Below, piece after piece: positions 17,449 through 32,005 of a stretch of 64,000 nt of DNA. The DNA comes from the human T2T-CHM13v2.0 reference genome, Homo sapiens, in NCBI RefSeq assembly GCF_009914755.1, contig NC_060947.1; one strand, 5' to 3'. Under the pieces are notes generated by a model. That model saw nothing but the letters and a program-made list of their open reading frames with translations. It was not told the DNA's origin and searched no databases. The translations under genes and the position numbers were made by a program. Positions within the stretch are counted from its first letter, which is position 1. Every line of letters begins with the position of its first letter.

Positions 17449-18332
17449 CTCTATCGGTAAGTTATCTTAATAACTCAGGCTCCTGGCAAGTTTTGCCTAA
17501 CCCTTCAGCAGCTAACTAATCTTTCAAATAGTTTTCTAGAGAAAGTAGTTTCATAACTTGACTTGATTCCATTGCTTTGCCATCCTTAATGTAAACTTCT
17601 TTTTAATTATCAGAGTTTCTCTTTTTAAAATTTAAATTCAGGTCCTATTATTTTGACGTGGGAAACTCTGGAAGATATCTAATAAGACTTGTTCTTTAAA
17701 TACATATCCACTTCATGTCTATGGATATAGTTATATCCCTTAATTCAATCTTCCCTGAGCTTAATTATCCATCTTTTGTTCATGGTTTGGCATTTCCCAA
17801 ACGTTCAGCACTTCTTTTATTCTTCATCGGACATCAGGTTTTTACATATTCTTTAAACAGTGGAGGATCCAGATTTGTGAGGCTGTATTTTGTATAATTT
17901 GGGAGCAGCCATTTAAGAAAAGGAATTTTTTTTTAAAAGAAATCTTTTTTATTTTTAAATTTTAGCAAAACACATGGCCAAGTGAGCACATTGCCAGTGC
18001 CCCTCCCATGCAAGTTAGAAGTCCTAATGCTTTTGCTCATTAGCTTCATGGTGAGTCTGTCTCTGCCCTTTGAGTCGTTCATCCCATAAATTAACCACAG
18101 CTCTTTTAAAAAGGCCAAACTGTCAAAAAGTATAAGCCCAAGTAAGATATTGCTATCACATATGCATGCTGGTCTGGTATTTACACTAAATTAATCAGCA
18201 TTGTCTTCATTAAGTAAGAAATAGTTATTGCATGCCTCTTTTGTATTAGGTGCTGTAATAGGCTTATAGTTAAGGGTGCTTATCTTAATAGAATATCACA
18301 CCTGAAGCAAACTAAACCAACAGAGTCTACCC

Positions 18333-18647
18333 TTTCTTTTTTTTTTTTTTTTTTTTTTTTTTGAGACGAAGTTTCGCTCTTGTTGCCCAGACTGGAGTGC
18401 AATGGCACGATCTTGGCTCACTGCACAACCTCCACCTCCCAGGTTCAAGCGATACTCCTGCCTTAGCCTCCCGAGCAGCTGGGATTACAGGCATGCACAA
18501 CCACGCCTGGCTGATTTTTGTATTTTTATTAGAGACAAGTTTTCTCCATGTTGGTCAGGCTGGTCTCGAACTCCCTACCTCAGGTGATCCGCCCGCCTCA
18601 GCCTCCCACAGTGCTGGGATTACAGGCGTGAGCCACCGCGACCAGCC
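18333..18647 (-). mobile_element. AluSp
   Basis: tttctccatgttggtcaggc Sp diagnostics; long poly-T; TSD-like aga(g/a)tctacc. Confidence 0.9.
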
Positions 18648-19089
18648 AGAATCTACCTTTCAGAGGCTGTTAAACTAAGCCAACACCGAAGCAAATGTGC
18701 ATAAAGGATATCTATGAATATCTGAATGCATGTTAAATACATAATGGATATATTAACATTATATATAAAATAGGGTGAGTGCATCTTGTAGTGATGGTTA
18801 GTGAAGCAGCCCTTGAAGTCTCCAATTTAATCTGAGGGAGGAGAGGTTTAAAGGTATGCTTGCTCTATAACTTCATTGCCCTTACCAGCAATATTACCTA
18901 GTGGCGTGAGGTTAATTTAAGGACCACCATGACCACTAAGTGCTATGTTTTCATACTTTTCCACACCTCATCAGTGCTCCTTTTTTTGTTTGTGTTGCTC
19001 GGTTTCCATTCATTTTTGATGTTTTATATATATATATATTTCTCTACATATAAAGATTACCCTGAGTTTTCAGACAACATCAATAAAGG

Positions 19090-21080
19090 GAAAGGTGCTA
19101 CCCCATAATTACTGAAAGGACATCTTGCTGTCAATATCTTGGAAGATAGGACAACAAATCATCAAACAATCACTTTCTACTTACAAAAGCACAAGGTTCT
19201 GACTGGCAATCAAGAAGGCTTTGTGAAAAACAAATTGAGCAAAACCATCTTAATCTACTTCTTTGAAAGAATCTGTTCCCCATACTGCAAAAAAAATCTC
19301 TCTGTTCACTAGGATTTTTATTCCCTCCCATGTGACAGTCATTCTCAATGATTGAAAATAATAAGAACTAGACTTTAGAGTACGATTTTAACTGATAGTA
19401 AGACAGTGCTCTAGGTGGGTCTGGGACATAGAGCAAAAGTAGACTAACCCTCTAGTGCTTCTTTTGATGATCCCTAAGAGCCATGAGTGAAAGAGGCTTG
19501 TTTGTGATGCTTATTATTGATTCCCCAGGGACTAGAACGGTATGTGACAGTTCATGCTGGATAATGAATGAATGAATGTTTCCTGCTTCTCAATGAAGGC
19601 ATAAGTCACTGGATATTAATCAGCCTACTTTTTTCTTACCTTTATTGCTTCCCTGCCCTCTTCTTCCTTTCCCTGTCCCTCTCATCACCCAAAGGACAGA
19701 TAAATTTTCAATGGCAGTATGTCCAGAGAGATTTCTAACACTTCATTAAAAAAGGAATTTTATTGGCTGTGTATGTTCCCTCAGAAATAGGATCAAGCTC
19801 AGTTAGGAATTAGTAAGATATAAATTAAGGGCACCAAGCAGGTAGCATGCAGACAAGAACATACATAAATTCACTGGAAAAAGATTCTTGATTTTTAGTG
19901 GAACAGTACAGTACTAACCATGAATTAGCAGTATATGAGGTGTAACTGTTTTTTAAAGAAGACAAATCAGAAATGTGTAAAGTCAAAGAAATTTTAAGCC
20001 TCTTGTTATCTTAATTGAAGGATAATGATATTACCCTAAATATTTTGGGAACCCTTATTTTGGATTTCCCTAAGAGTTATGCAGCATGTGCTTTAGGTCT
20101 TTCCAGGAGTACTAAATATTTGTAATCTGAGGGTGCGCTTGATTTTTGGAAATAGCCGGAAGTTACATCAAGCCAAGTTTTATCAATAAGATACATGATC
20201 AAACTGAGTAACAAAATATGTGGTCAAAAATATTGTGAATATAAAATAATGAGACTAATTTCATTTGATTCAGAGGTTAATTCGGAACGAGGAGTTTCAA
20301 TTACAGTGTAATAGCCCTCACCAACACAAGTTTAGGACTTCCAAAGGTGGCTATTTGTAGGACAGGATTCAGCAGATATATCGGAACCAATCTTCTAACT
20401 TTACAGTTGCACTTGAAAATGTTACAAAACAAATGCTATAATATTTTAGAAGATTTAGAGCATGAAAAACTGGTAGATATTGGATAGCACATCTCTTAGA
20501 GTATTGTTTCCAGCTTTGTCCTCTTCTTTTTTGGGGAGGCAGGTGAGGATGGAGAAGTCTATAATTTAAAAATAATATCTAACAAGTAGAGAACACCCAG
20601 AAGAAAACCTAAACATTATTAAATGTAGGCAAATTAGTCTCTATGAGAAAGTTATTGTTCAGAAAATGGTATTGATTGGCTTAATTTAAAGTCCCAACAG
20701 TTTTTCTCAAGGGTCTCTTGGATCCCATCCTTCCCCCAGTACTCTACAAGCTAAGAAATTCACCTGCGTTGCATTTAGGGATTAGTTTCAACTTTGTGGA
20801 ATTCAGGCAATATGGCGGTTCCTGGGGACAAGCTACACCTCCATGAAAAAGTTTTAAGGAAGATATTGACCAAGTTTCTATTTCACAGAGGCCAACAGAC
20901 AAGACGTGGGCTTAAAAAACTGACAGCTTTTAGCGAGGCATAAGGAAATATTTCCTTTTTGAGGAGGTTAAGTATCAGAAGAGGTTCCTGAGGGAGATCA
21001 TGGAACCCTATCCACAGGCAGAACATTAGAGCAAGCATTCTTCTAGAGCCCTTCCTGTTCTGTGAGTCTATAATTCTACT
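19090..21080 (+). mobile_element. Fragmented L3/CR1 LINE relic
   Basis: 19199-19270 translates LTGNQEGFVKNKLSKTILIYFFER (CR1 RT motif QHGF..SCxTNLISFFD). 19876-19970 resembles the EKDLGVLVD..MSQQC region. 21040-21080 resembles the L3/MIR3 3' end (cccttcctgttctgtgagtctataattcta). Confidence 0.65.
20110..20280. mobile_element. MARNA-like TcMar-Mariner fragment
   Basis: gagggtgcgcttgatttttggaaatagccggaagttacatcaagccaag..aataag..atgatcaa..ggtcaaaaat resembles the recalled MARNA consensus. Confidence 0.55.
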
Positions 21081-22128
21081 TGTCAAGGTAATTTGATATT
21101 CTTATCCAAGTCTCTAAGGTGCTTTTGCCACCACCTAAATTGGTCTCATCAAAAACCTTATTGATTGTGCTGCCTCTCCCATCTTCTAAGATGGTGACAG
21201 TATTAAGGCAGTAAACTCAGATCTCAGACCTGTCACATACCACTTGTTTTGTCATTTCCCTCCACCTATACCTCCCCAAGATGTTTTTTCATTAAAATAT
21301 TGTTACCAGTCACTTTAGAATTTCATTCTGTTCCTTTGGTTCAAAAAATTGTAATTAATTTCCTATAGTCACTTAAAGCACTTCGTAGATTTTAATCAAC
21401 AGAGCTCTACATTGGCATGTTGAGCTCAGTTGTTTATCCCTTCCAGATGGAGATAAATATTCTCAAATACCTACTAAGAAAAATATGTCTGCAGAAACCT
21501 GCAGCATTAGAAAACCTATTCTTTGCTGCAGATTGCAGATTAACTTCTAGCTAATCAGAGTTCAGCATTCTAATGGACTGTGACGGGAGAGACAGTTTTT
21601 CCCCCAACTTCAGATCACATGTTTCTGCAGTTGTAAGGCAAATTTTAAAAGGCCTTGGGGATCACAGCCAGCCTTCATTATCGGTGCATGACCGCTTTGT
21701 AACCAACTGTAAGTTTAATATCCAAGGAGATTTGCACATAACAGTCTTTTTTCTTTCTTCTTGTTTTTAATAATTCACCTTTGAGATTCTCTTCACCACC
21801 ATGCTGGTGTGCAAAGATCTGTTTGTCTGTCAAACCTACAGATATGTAGCGCATGTGAAAGCTACATTAATTTTTTATTTGTTTCCTAAGGAGGCTGAAC
21901 AATAAGCTGGTTTTGCTGAATACAAGAGGGCTACTTCAGTGAACACATACTTGAATTCACTTCAGCTGGCTCCCTCACCTGCAGCACAGCAGTTTCTCCT
22001 ATGATTCTCCCCTCTGCCAAAAGGGAGTCACTTATACAACTAAACTCAAGGACTTTTTGTATAAACCATCCACCTGAACCTGAGAAGGTTTTGTCTGAAA
22101 CCAAAAGATTACTAGAAAAGCTGTGTAA

Positions 22129-22477
<349 letters not shown>

Positions 22478-23043
22478 TCAAAACAAATGCCTCATTTTCA
22501 AAATTAGAACACTTCTTTTAACTTTGGAGACTCAATGTAAACACTAATCTCTACACAAGTGAATTTCCTCAGCGGAATATTGAGCTATGTCAGTGTGACA
22601 AATGTCATGGATATCGGGCCTCTGAAACGCTAAGCACTGGCATTTTTAAGAAAATAAATGTAGATGTCAGTGAACCATAACCTATAGATGATTAGAAAGA
22701 AACTTACCATTCGAAAGTGGATGTTTTCTTCAAGGCTGCTAAGATTTTCTACAATAAAGAAATATGAGGTGCGTAGGGAACTATGTGTAGAGACGTTCTC
22801 GGTAATTTAATGTTTTGAAAACTCCCAGGCTGAAAACTATTATTATGTAAATCAACTAGCTCCAGCTGCTAATTCTTAGAAAATGGAAAGAGTATCTAAA
22901 GTTTAACTAGATTTTGACCTTTTATGTTATGAAGACTACAACAAGGAAGAAAGAGGAAGTTTGTTAGGGGGTTATTTTTTAAGGTGGTCAGGGAAGGCTT
23001 CACTCATAAGACAGACATTCAAGCAGAGACTTAAGGGAGATAC

Positions 23044-23341
23044 TTTTTTTTTTTTTTTTTTTTTGAGACGGAGTTTCGCTCTTGTTGCCCAGGCTGGAGT
23101 GCAATGGCGCGACTCGGCTCACTGCAACCTCCGCCTCCCAGGTTCAAGCGATTCTCCTGCCTCAGCCTCCCGAACAGCTGGGATTACAGGCATGCACCAC
23201 CATGCCTGGCTAATTTTGTATTTTTAGTAGAGACGGGGTTTCTCCATGTTGGTCAGGTTTCAAACCCCTGACCTCAGGTGATCCGCCTGCCTCGGCCTCC
23301 CAAAGTGCTAGAATTACAGGCGTGAGCCACTGTGCCCGGCC
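23044..23341 (-). mobile_element. AluSp
   Basis: gagtttcgctcttgttgccc and tttctccatgttggtcagg; inserted in an antisense L2-like region. Confidence 0.92.
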
Positions 23342-24613
23342 TGAGGGAGGTACTTAAGAGCAGAAGGAACGCAAGTGTAAAGATGAGGAGCGAGGGAGAC
23401 CAGTGGGGCTGGAAGAGAATAGCTGAGGAAGAGATGAGGACAGAGAGAGGTAACAGGAGGTCAGATCACATAAGGCTTTATATGCTATTGGAAGCACTAT
23501 TTTTTTTTCAACTATGAGTAGGAATAGATGGCCTCACTGCCAGAAAAAAAAGAAGGGAAGAGATGAGGACAGGGCTTCAGGGGAAGGTGAAAATTAAAGG
23601 GTGGGACAGGGAAGTATAGTCTAGAATGGATATGGAGGGAATGCAATGCTGTCTGTAGGAAGAAATGAACATAGTACCTCAGGAATCAAAGAGGGAAGAA
23701 AATTTCTATTTTGTTTGGTTTAGCAGATTACCTATGGTCTGTTATACTTCTGTGTTTCATACCATATTTACACAGGTTAATAAGCATGCCTTTAATCCCT
23801 GTCTAACTACAGTATCAATACATTTGTTCAGTGTCTGTTACTGAGGCACCTAACTACTTGAGCAAGCTAATCAAGGTTTCAATTACCCCAGTGAGAAAGA
23901 AGTTCTACTTCTCTGTTGCAATCGTAGTTGATTGGTTGATGAAGTATTTATAAGATCTTTCATAAGAGGAACTTTAAAGGTCACTTGTACCATAATAAGT
24001 GGAAATCGCTGGGAAAGAAAAAGTTTAGCAGTATTATAGTGCTGATAAAGTCTTCAGAGGTACTGACTCTCAGAGTCTAGTTACTGCAGCTGAAAATTCT
24101 TTGCCCTGAGCATTTGTCATGACTCCTTCAATCCAATATGCCCTTTAAACACAGTGAAACTATAGAAAAGGAATATCTAATGTTGTTGGGTGTTAATTAA
24201 GGAGTAGGCTTCCTTCCTTTCCTTAATGGAAAGCCTTAATTTGTCTTCAGTTGCAGCTGAAAATTCTAAAGACTCATTTCCACCATCTTATGTAGGTTTT
24301 TTCTCTAATGATCAGGTTGTTCAATTTCTTGTTCAGATGCTGAAAAACTCATCTTGACTCACACTGTATCTTCCTACTTGTAACCTGATGTGATCATTCT
24401 CAAATGGGAGTGAAAAAGACCTGTACAACTATATGAGTCCTGATTTACTTTTGATATTCTTTAAGATTTTCACCCACCTTTACTATAATAACAAATAAGG
24501 ACCTCAGCCCAAGCTACAAATCAGGTAGAGGTAACATACATTGGGATCTGTGTTTCCTATCACCTCTTTTCTCCTTGGTTCCAGGCAAGTGCAACAAAAG
24601 TGTCAATAGTATA

Positions 24614-24970
<357 letters not shown>

Positions 24971-26014
24971 CTATATGAAGTAGAGGAAAAGGGAAGAAGA
25001 ATTTTTAAAAAGAAAAAACTTTTTGGTAAAATGATGAAAAGTTATTGCATATAGAATTGCCTTTCCTGTTTCATTGTCATGTTTAGGACATCTTTGGGAC
25101 AGGGAAAGGAAACTGCTGCTATAACCTTACCTAGTTCACTGGTCTGGACAACCTGTCCATTGCTACCTATTTTGCCTCCTGTTATGACTGGAATGAAATG
25201 AGAACCCCACCAATAAGCAAAAAGTTTCCACCTTTCATCCTATCTCCTACTTGCAATCCCTCAGTAGTGATATTCCAGCACAGCTAACAGCCTCCTATCA
25301 GTAAAGATGGGAAAAGTATCAGAAAGCTTAGCAAGGCCTGGGGTAGGGAACCAAGTGTGGGCTAATTCTCCTGGTCCTTCCGTAAACATTAAGGCAGACT
25401 AAGTGAATCCCTCATTCTAAGACAAATGTTCCCTAAAGAAGTAAAATTAAACTCCTATTTTCCAAAGCAATTGGACTTTTATTGTACTGTGTGCTTTATT
25501 TTCTGAGTGAGGTGACAGAACTAGAGATGTTTAAAAAAAAAAAAAACAGTAATTCCCCTCCAAATTTACTACCTTTCCCCAGGAACCTTCATCACTCAGT
25601 TTTTGCTACAGTCCTGTAAGGCATGTTGAAACTTGAGTAAAATGATGCATGAATTTGTTAGTCAAAATAGCAAATTATTCTATGACCTTTATTATTTCTT
25701 AGATTTGTCAAATATGATATCCTAACACCAAGAATTTTCCCCCAAAACCTCCTGTTTATTTTACCTCTATCTTTTTTCTCTTGGCACAGAAAGACGAGTC
25801 CTATTATCTGTTCAAAGTTGGTGGCTTAGAGAGTGTGTGGGTGTTTTGTTTCTTCAAATTTTTACCTGATGTTGCAAGATTTTCATATCAAAAAGAATTC
25901 TTCTTTCTCCCCAGTGTGCACGCACATATGTGGACATGGTCCTGGATTGGAGGAAATGGAGTACAGACCCTGAAATGCATGGGACCTTTGTATTGCCCAA
26001 ATGTGGAATAATAT

Positions 26015-27140
26015 AATAATAACCACCACCATTTATTGAACATGTTTTATGTGCCAGGCACTGTTATTAATAGCTTTATATGTGATTCCTCATTAAATCG
26101 CAAACCAACACTGTGAAGTACAGGTACAATCATGTGTTGCTTAATGACAGGGATACAGTCTGAAAAATGCATTGTTAGGTGATTTCATTGTTGTATGAAC
26201 ATGACAGAGTGTACTTATACAAACCTAGATGCTATGGCCTACTATACATTTAGACTATACGGTATACGTAAGCCTGTTGTTCGTCGACTACAAACCTGTA
26301 CGGCATGTTACTGTACAGAATACAGTATGTAACACATTGGTAAGTATTTGTGTATCTAAACATCTAAACAGAAGAGGAACAATAAAAATACTATATTAAA
26401 AATAAAAATGGTACACCTGTATTAGGGCACTTAGCATGAATGCACCTTAGAAGATTGGAAGTTGCTGTCCTCAGACACAAGCACACACATTAGCCTAGGA
26501 CTACACAGGGTCAGGATCATCAGTATCACTGTCTTCCATCTCCATGTGTTACCCCACTGGAAATCTTCAGGGGCAATAACACACATGGAGTTGTCATCTT
26601 GTGTGATAACAATGCCTTCTTCTGGAGGACTTGAAGGACCTGCCCGAGGCCATTTTACAGTTAACTTGTTATAAGTAGGTGTACACTCTAAATGGTAGAA
26701 AGTATGGTATAGCAAATACGTAAACCAGTAACATAGTCACTTATTATCAGTATCAAGTACTGTGTATTGTACATCATTGTATGCACTATACTTTTATAGG
26801 ACTGGTAATGCAGTAGGTTTGTTTATACCAGCATCACCATAATAAGTACATGAGTAATGTGTTGTGCTCTGACATTATGGTGGCCGTTTCCTCACTAGGT
26901 AAAAGGAATTTATCAGTTCTGTTATAATCTTATGGGACTGCCTTCATATATGTGGTCCCATCTGTTGTACTACATGTCATTATGAGATGCATGACTATAT
27001 TTCACAGATTCAGAAAAGAGGGTTAGCTCAGTTAAGTAAATGGCCCAAGGGCATAAAGCACTATGGTCTCTAGAGGAGCTTGGATTTAAACTAGATCTCC
27101 CAGCCCTTCAAGGCCATCCTGTGTTCATTATGATATGCTG
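26015..27140 (-). mobile_element. MIR split by Tigger3
   Basis: atttattgaacatg..tgtgccaggcactg..ctgtgaagta before the insertion; tttcacagat..gttaagtaaatggcccaagg after it. Confidence 0.7.
26127..26997 (+). mobile_element. Tigger3/MER7 (Golem) non-autonomous DNA transposon
   Basis: TIRs caatcatgtgttgcttaatgac..gtcattatgagatgcatgact, TA flanks at both ends, internal acaaacctagatg..gcctacta. Confidence 0.88.
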
Positions 27141-27540
27141 TTTTACTTAGAAAGTTTGGATTATGGATCCCGACTTAAAATGATCCATATAAAGAGGACA
27201 ATTTCCTATTATTTTTACTCTGGCCATAAAATTACAGGTAAGACATTTAAAAAAAATCTTATCAAGATGCATAAAATTAGAATTATACTTATCTAGGAAA
27301 TATGGAAATGGATGGTATTCTGGTCAGGGGTTATTTAATAAAAATTTTAAGTGTTTTATTTTTAAAAGAGGCGACTGAAAGAAACAATTTAAAAATTCTT
27401 CAGTGTCTAGCAAAAAAAAACCCAGAAAACTTAAAAAAAAAAATCTAAAAGCACAGTCTGAATTAAAGCAAAGAAAGAATCAGTTGCTCAGAGAGTTCAA
27501 GATTAAAAATGTGAAAAATATTTAAAAATTAGCTGGGCTT

Positions 27541-28159
<619 letters not shown>

Positions 28160-28829
28160 TTGTGGAATTTCCCCTATTTTGTTGAGTTTTCATTAAAACT
28201 ACTATCTCAGTGACTCATATTTAGTGTATAAAAAGATTTGCAATATAATACACACCACGTTTCTTTATATTGTTGCCAAATCATTTCTCTCAGTATCATT
28301 TTCAAATCCTTCCAACACCCCTGATCAACGAAGAAATACTCCTCAGTGTGATCACAGTATTCCTCTGGCACCAGAGTTACCAATTTGTTCACCATGACAT
28401 TTCTAATTTACGTAATTTTATGGTTATGTGACTCTACTATCATACAACTTCTGATACTGTAATGAACTGAAAGTCTTGCCAACTATATTCACGCGGGTAA
28501 CCAGAATGATCCAAAACTCAAAAGAGAAAATGAATACATTCCTAGTATTTTTTTTTCTTTTCATGAGTGCCAAGTTACAGTGATATATATGGAATCGTAG
28601 AATTACCTTAGATGCCAATATTATGGTACAGTTGAAAATCATATTCAGTATAGTTATGAGGGTAGATAGTATCAGGTTGGTATATTTCCAGTCATAGATT
28701 ATGTCCTCATAACTTCCCCAAAAAGGGAGGAAGGGGGTTTGCAAAATAAGTCATTGAAAACAGATGTGGTCATTTGTCTGTCAATGACTGAATTCTTGCT
28801 GTTCAAACTTTTAAATGATTCTGTTATAC

Positions 28830-29080
28830 ATAATAATCACAGCTACTATATAATAAGCATTTCCTCTGTACCAGGCTTTGTCTTAAGTGTTTTATATAAG
28901 CATTATTTCACTTAATCTGTTCAACAGTCCTGTGATTTAAGTAGTATCTTGATTCTGCAGATGTGGAAACTAAAGCTCAAAGAGATGAACTAACTTGTTC
29001 AAGGTCACACAGTTTTTAGGATAAGTGATGGAGCTTTGATTTGAAACCAGATTTTTCTGATTCCAGGATCCTTACTACCA
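28830..29080 (-). mobile_element. MIR
   Basis: cagatgtggaaactaaagctcaaagagatgaactaacttgttcaaggtcacacag core. Confidence 0.8.
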
Positions 29081-30822
29081 ATGGTTTTATTTCTCTGTCC
29101 CTGAAATATGCCTTCAGCTTTCAGTGATCTCATGGTGCTTGTAAAGTACTTGAGCAGTCAGTCATCTCTGGAATAGGAAGCCATTAGAAGCCATGAAAGT
29201 AAGGAATTGTTTGCTGTAATGGTGGTGGTGGTGGTAGTGGTGGTTTATGTTTTCAAATATCAAGGCAAGGTTGGAAGATGCTTGCTTCGTGTAGACCTGA
29301 CCTGAATGAGGCTGGCATCTGGGCTCCTTGGAATTTTCTGAATCAGTTTCATCCATTTCTTAAAGCTTAATTGAAATAAATGAGAGGTCTTAGCATTTAC
29401 GTGAATTTCTTTCTTTTTTTTTTTAGCATATGACATTTTTAGTCTGTAGGTCTTATTTAGTGATTATGCATAGCAAGGGAAATAAGATTTGTAATTTATT
29501 CACTTTTTTTTTCAGTAAGGCAATAGAGGTTTCAGTGAGAGATTTTAAAAATTAGGTTGGTGAATATTTCGTAGTAAATCCTAGATACATTTTTCATTAT
29601 ATTTTACTCATTTTGTACCTTTTACCAACCCTTAACAGATATGCCAGTAAAACTGAGACTTTTTTCTGTAAACATATTTCTTATCTTGTATGAGGTTAGT
29701 ACCAAAACACTTTTTCAATTAGCATCCTTTTAACAGAACACTGTCCTGTACAATGACAGAATCTAATCAGTTGGCATTTCCAACCCTGAGAAATAATGAT
29801 TAATGCTTACTTGAGAATGATCTTTAAGTACTCATGAGTTAGTGTTTTAAAATGTTTAGTGAGGCTTGACAAGTACAAAGTAATGTTAATCAGTCAATTA
29901 TTTAGGGGATTTTCTTAACCTGACCTTAAATTTGCTCCTACTGCTTTTGTTCTTTTGATTATTTGATTTTTATTTTGTAAGAATTAGGATGATGAGAATA
30001 CATCCCATCCCTCAAAATAATTTTTTTCTTCACCAGCTTTTACATTTTTAGAAGGGTTAAACAATGTCTTAAAAACTAAAGATTATTGATATGAAACTGT
30101 CTTTAAGATTTCCCTTTCTCTAAGCATGCATTTTCTATCCCTAATTTCCTAAAGCCAGAGCCAAGTAAAAACACCAAGAGGAATATGTTATTCTTTTCAG
30201 CATGAGGCCTTTTCATGAAAACAGCACTAGTGACCAGAATCTTATTCTAGTCTGTGTTGCTTGAAAAATATATGCCTTTGTAGATGTTTTCATTTACTGT
30301 CAATAATGCCAAACCACAGAAATGGTTTTTTTAATTCTGTTTTGGCCTCTTAAAGATTACACATTGCCATTACAAATTGTGATTGTTTTGTAGTTAAATC
30401 TATTCCTGAAACATTTCAGATATAAACTGATAGACCTATTACTTGTTCTGTTTTATCCTTTAGTAGATCTACATTCATGTTGTTTTAGTGGTGCCTTTTG
30501 CAAGCTTCCCTCTCATATAAAAATTTAATCTCTAGCCTTATTTTCTTCTATCGCAAATTGTATCACTTTGATTTTTATATGAACTTTTTTTTTAGTTTTA
30601 GCATATTTTCCAGAAATAATAAATACATGGAGAATGCTACAGAAATAGCATGATTCAAGTTCATGTACAATATAATGCCTATCAATAATCTGTATCAACA
30701 TTTCTATTTTCAAAATGTGGTTTTGATTTGGGCGTTTCTTTTTGTAATCATTTCTACTGTCTTTATTAGATGATCTTAGTCGATCAAAGGATGCTTATAA
30801 AAAATCAACACAGTCTTGGGAA

Positions 30823-31050
30823 TCGGACTGCCAGGTTTATGAAATGAAAATATAGGATTCCCAGTTGAAGCTGAATTTCAGATAATGAATAATTTTTTAG
30901 TATCAATATATCCTAAATATTACATGATTTTTTTTCTATTTAAGTATGTTCCAAATATTATATGAGACATACTTCTACTAACAAAAGTATTCACAGTTTA
31001 TCTGAAATGTAAATTTAACTGAGAAGCCTGTATTTTATCTGGCAACTCTA
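30823..31050. mobile_element. MER53 palindromic hAT MITE
   Basis: ctgccag..cccagttgaagctgaatttcagataa arm is the inverse of ttatctgaaatgtaaatttaactg..tctggcaactcta. Confidence 0.75.
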
Positions 31051-31059
31051 TTTGGAAGG

Positions 31060-31310
31060 CATCATAGTAGTGAAAATGAACATAGAGGCTAATGCCAAAC
31101 AGTCCTAGGTGGTTGTGTTACTTAAGAAGCTGTGTAGCTTTGGGTATGTCACTTAGCCTACCTGAACCTAAATTTCATGTATAAAATGGAACAAATAATA
31201 CCTACTTTGCAGGTTTTCTATAAAGATTATAAAGTATGTATTTAAGACTAGATAATGTTTAAAACTCCTGGTACATAATAGATTTCCCTTAAAGAGTAGC
31301 TGTTATTATC
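31060..31310 (+). mobile_element. MIR
   Basis: gctgtgtagctttgggtatgtcactta..tgaacct..ataaaatgg..taatacctac. Confidence 0.75.
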
Positions 31311-31682
31311 AGAACAAAGAAGAAATACAAATGCAAGTAACCAGCCGTTTTTTTTCCCTCCATCTTAATAAACTATGTGAGGAATCCTAATGGGAGCACT
31401 CAGCATGTAAACAACCCATTAGATTGATAATATAATAGTCCACCCAGATCTTGGTGACTGTTTACCAAATTAGAGATTTGACCACTAATAAAATATATAC
31501 AAGCATTAGCCTTCTTTCTTTCCTCTGCTACTTGCCTCTTTTCATGTTACTTACCAAACATTATATAGCTTATTAGTATCAGGGCCTGAATATGTGATGC
31601 CTTTTCACATTGTTTTTTCCCTTTTGAGTTACAATTTTACTTCCATCCTGTCTTTCTTAGACATCTATTTATTAATGTGATT

Positions 31683-31860
<178 letters not shown>

Positions 31861-32005
31861 GTTGTCACCACTGGAGTGGGATCATACTGGCATCTGGCAG
31901 GTAGAGGCCAGGGATGCTGCTAAACATCCCACAACGCATAGGACAGCTCCTACCAAAGAATAATCTAGCCCAAAGTGACAGTCGTGCTGAGGTTGAGAAA
32001 CCCTG
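31861..32005 (+). mobile_element. MER20 3' portion
   Basis: gttgtcac..tactggcatct..gtagaggccagggatgctgctaaacatcc..ggttgagaaaccctg; the 5' TIR is missing. Confidence 0.87.
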
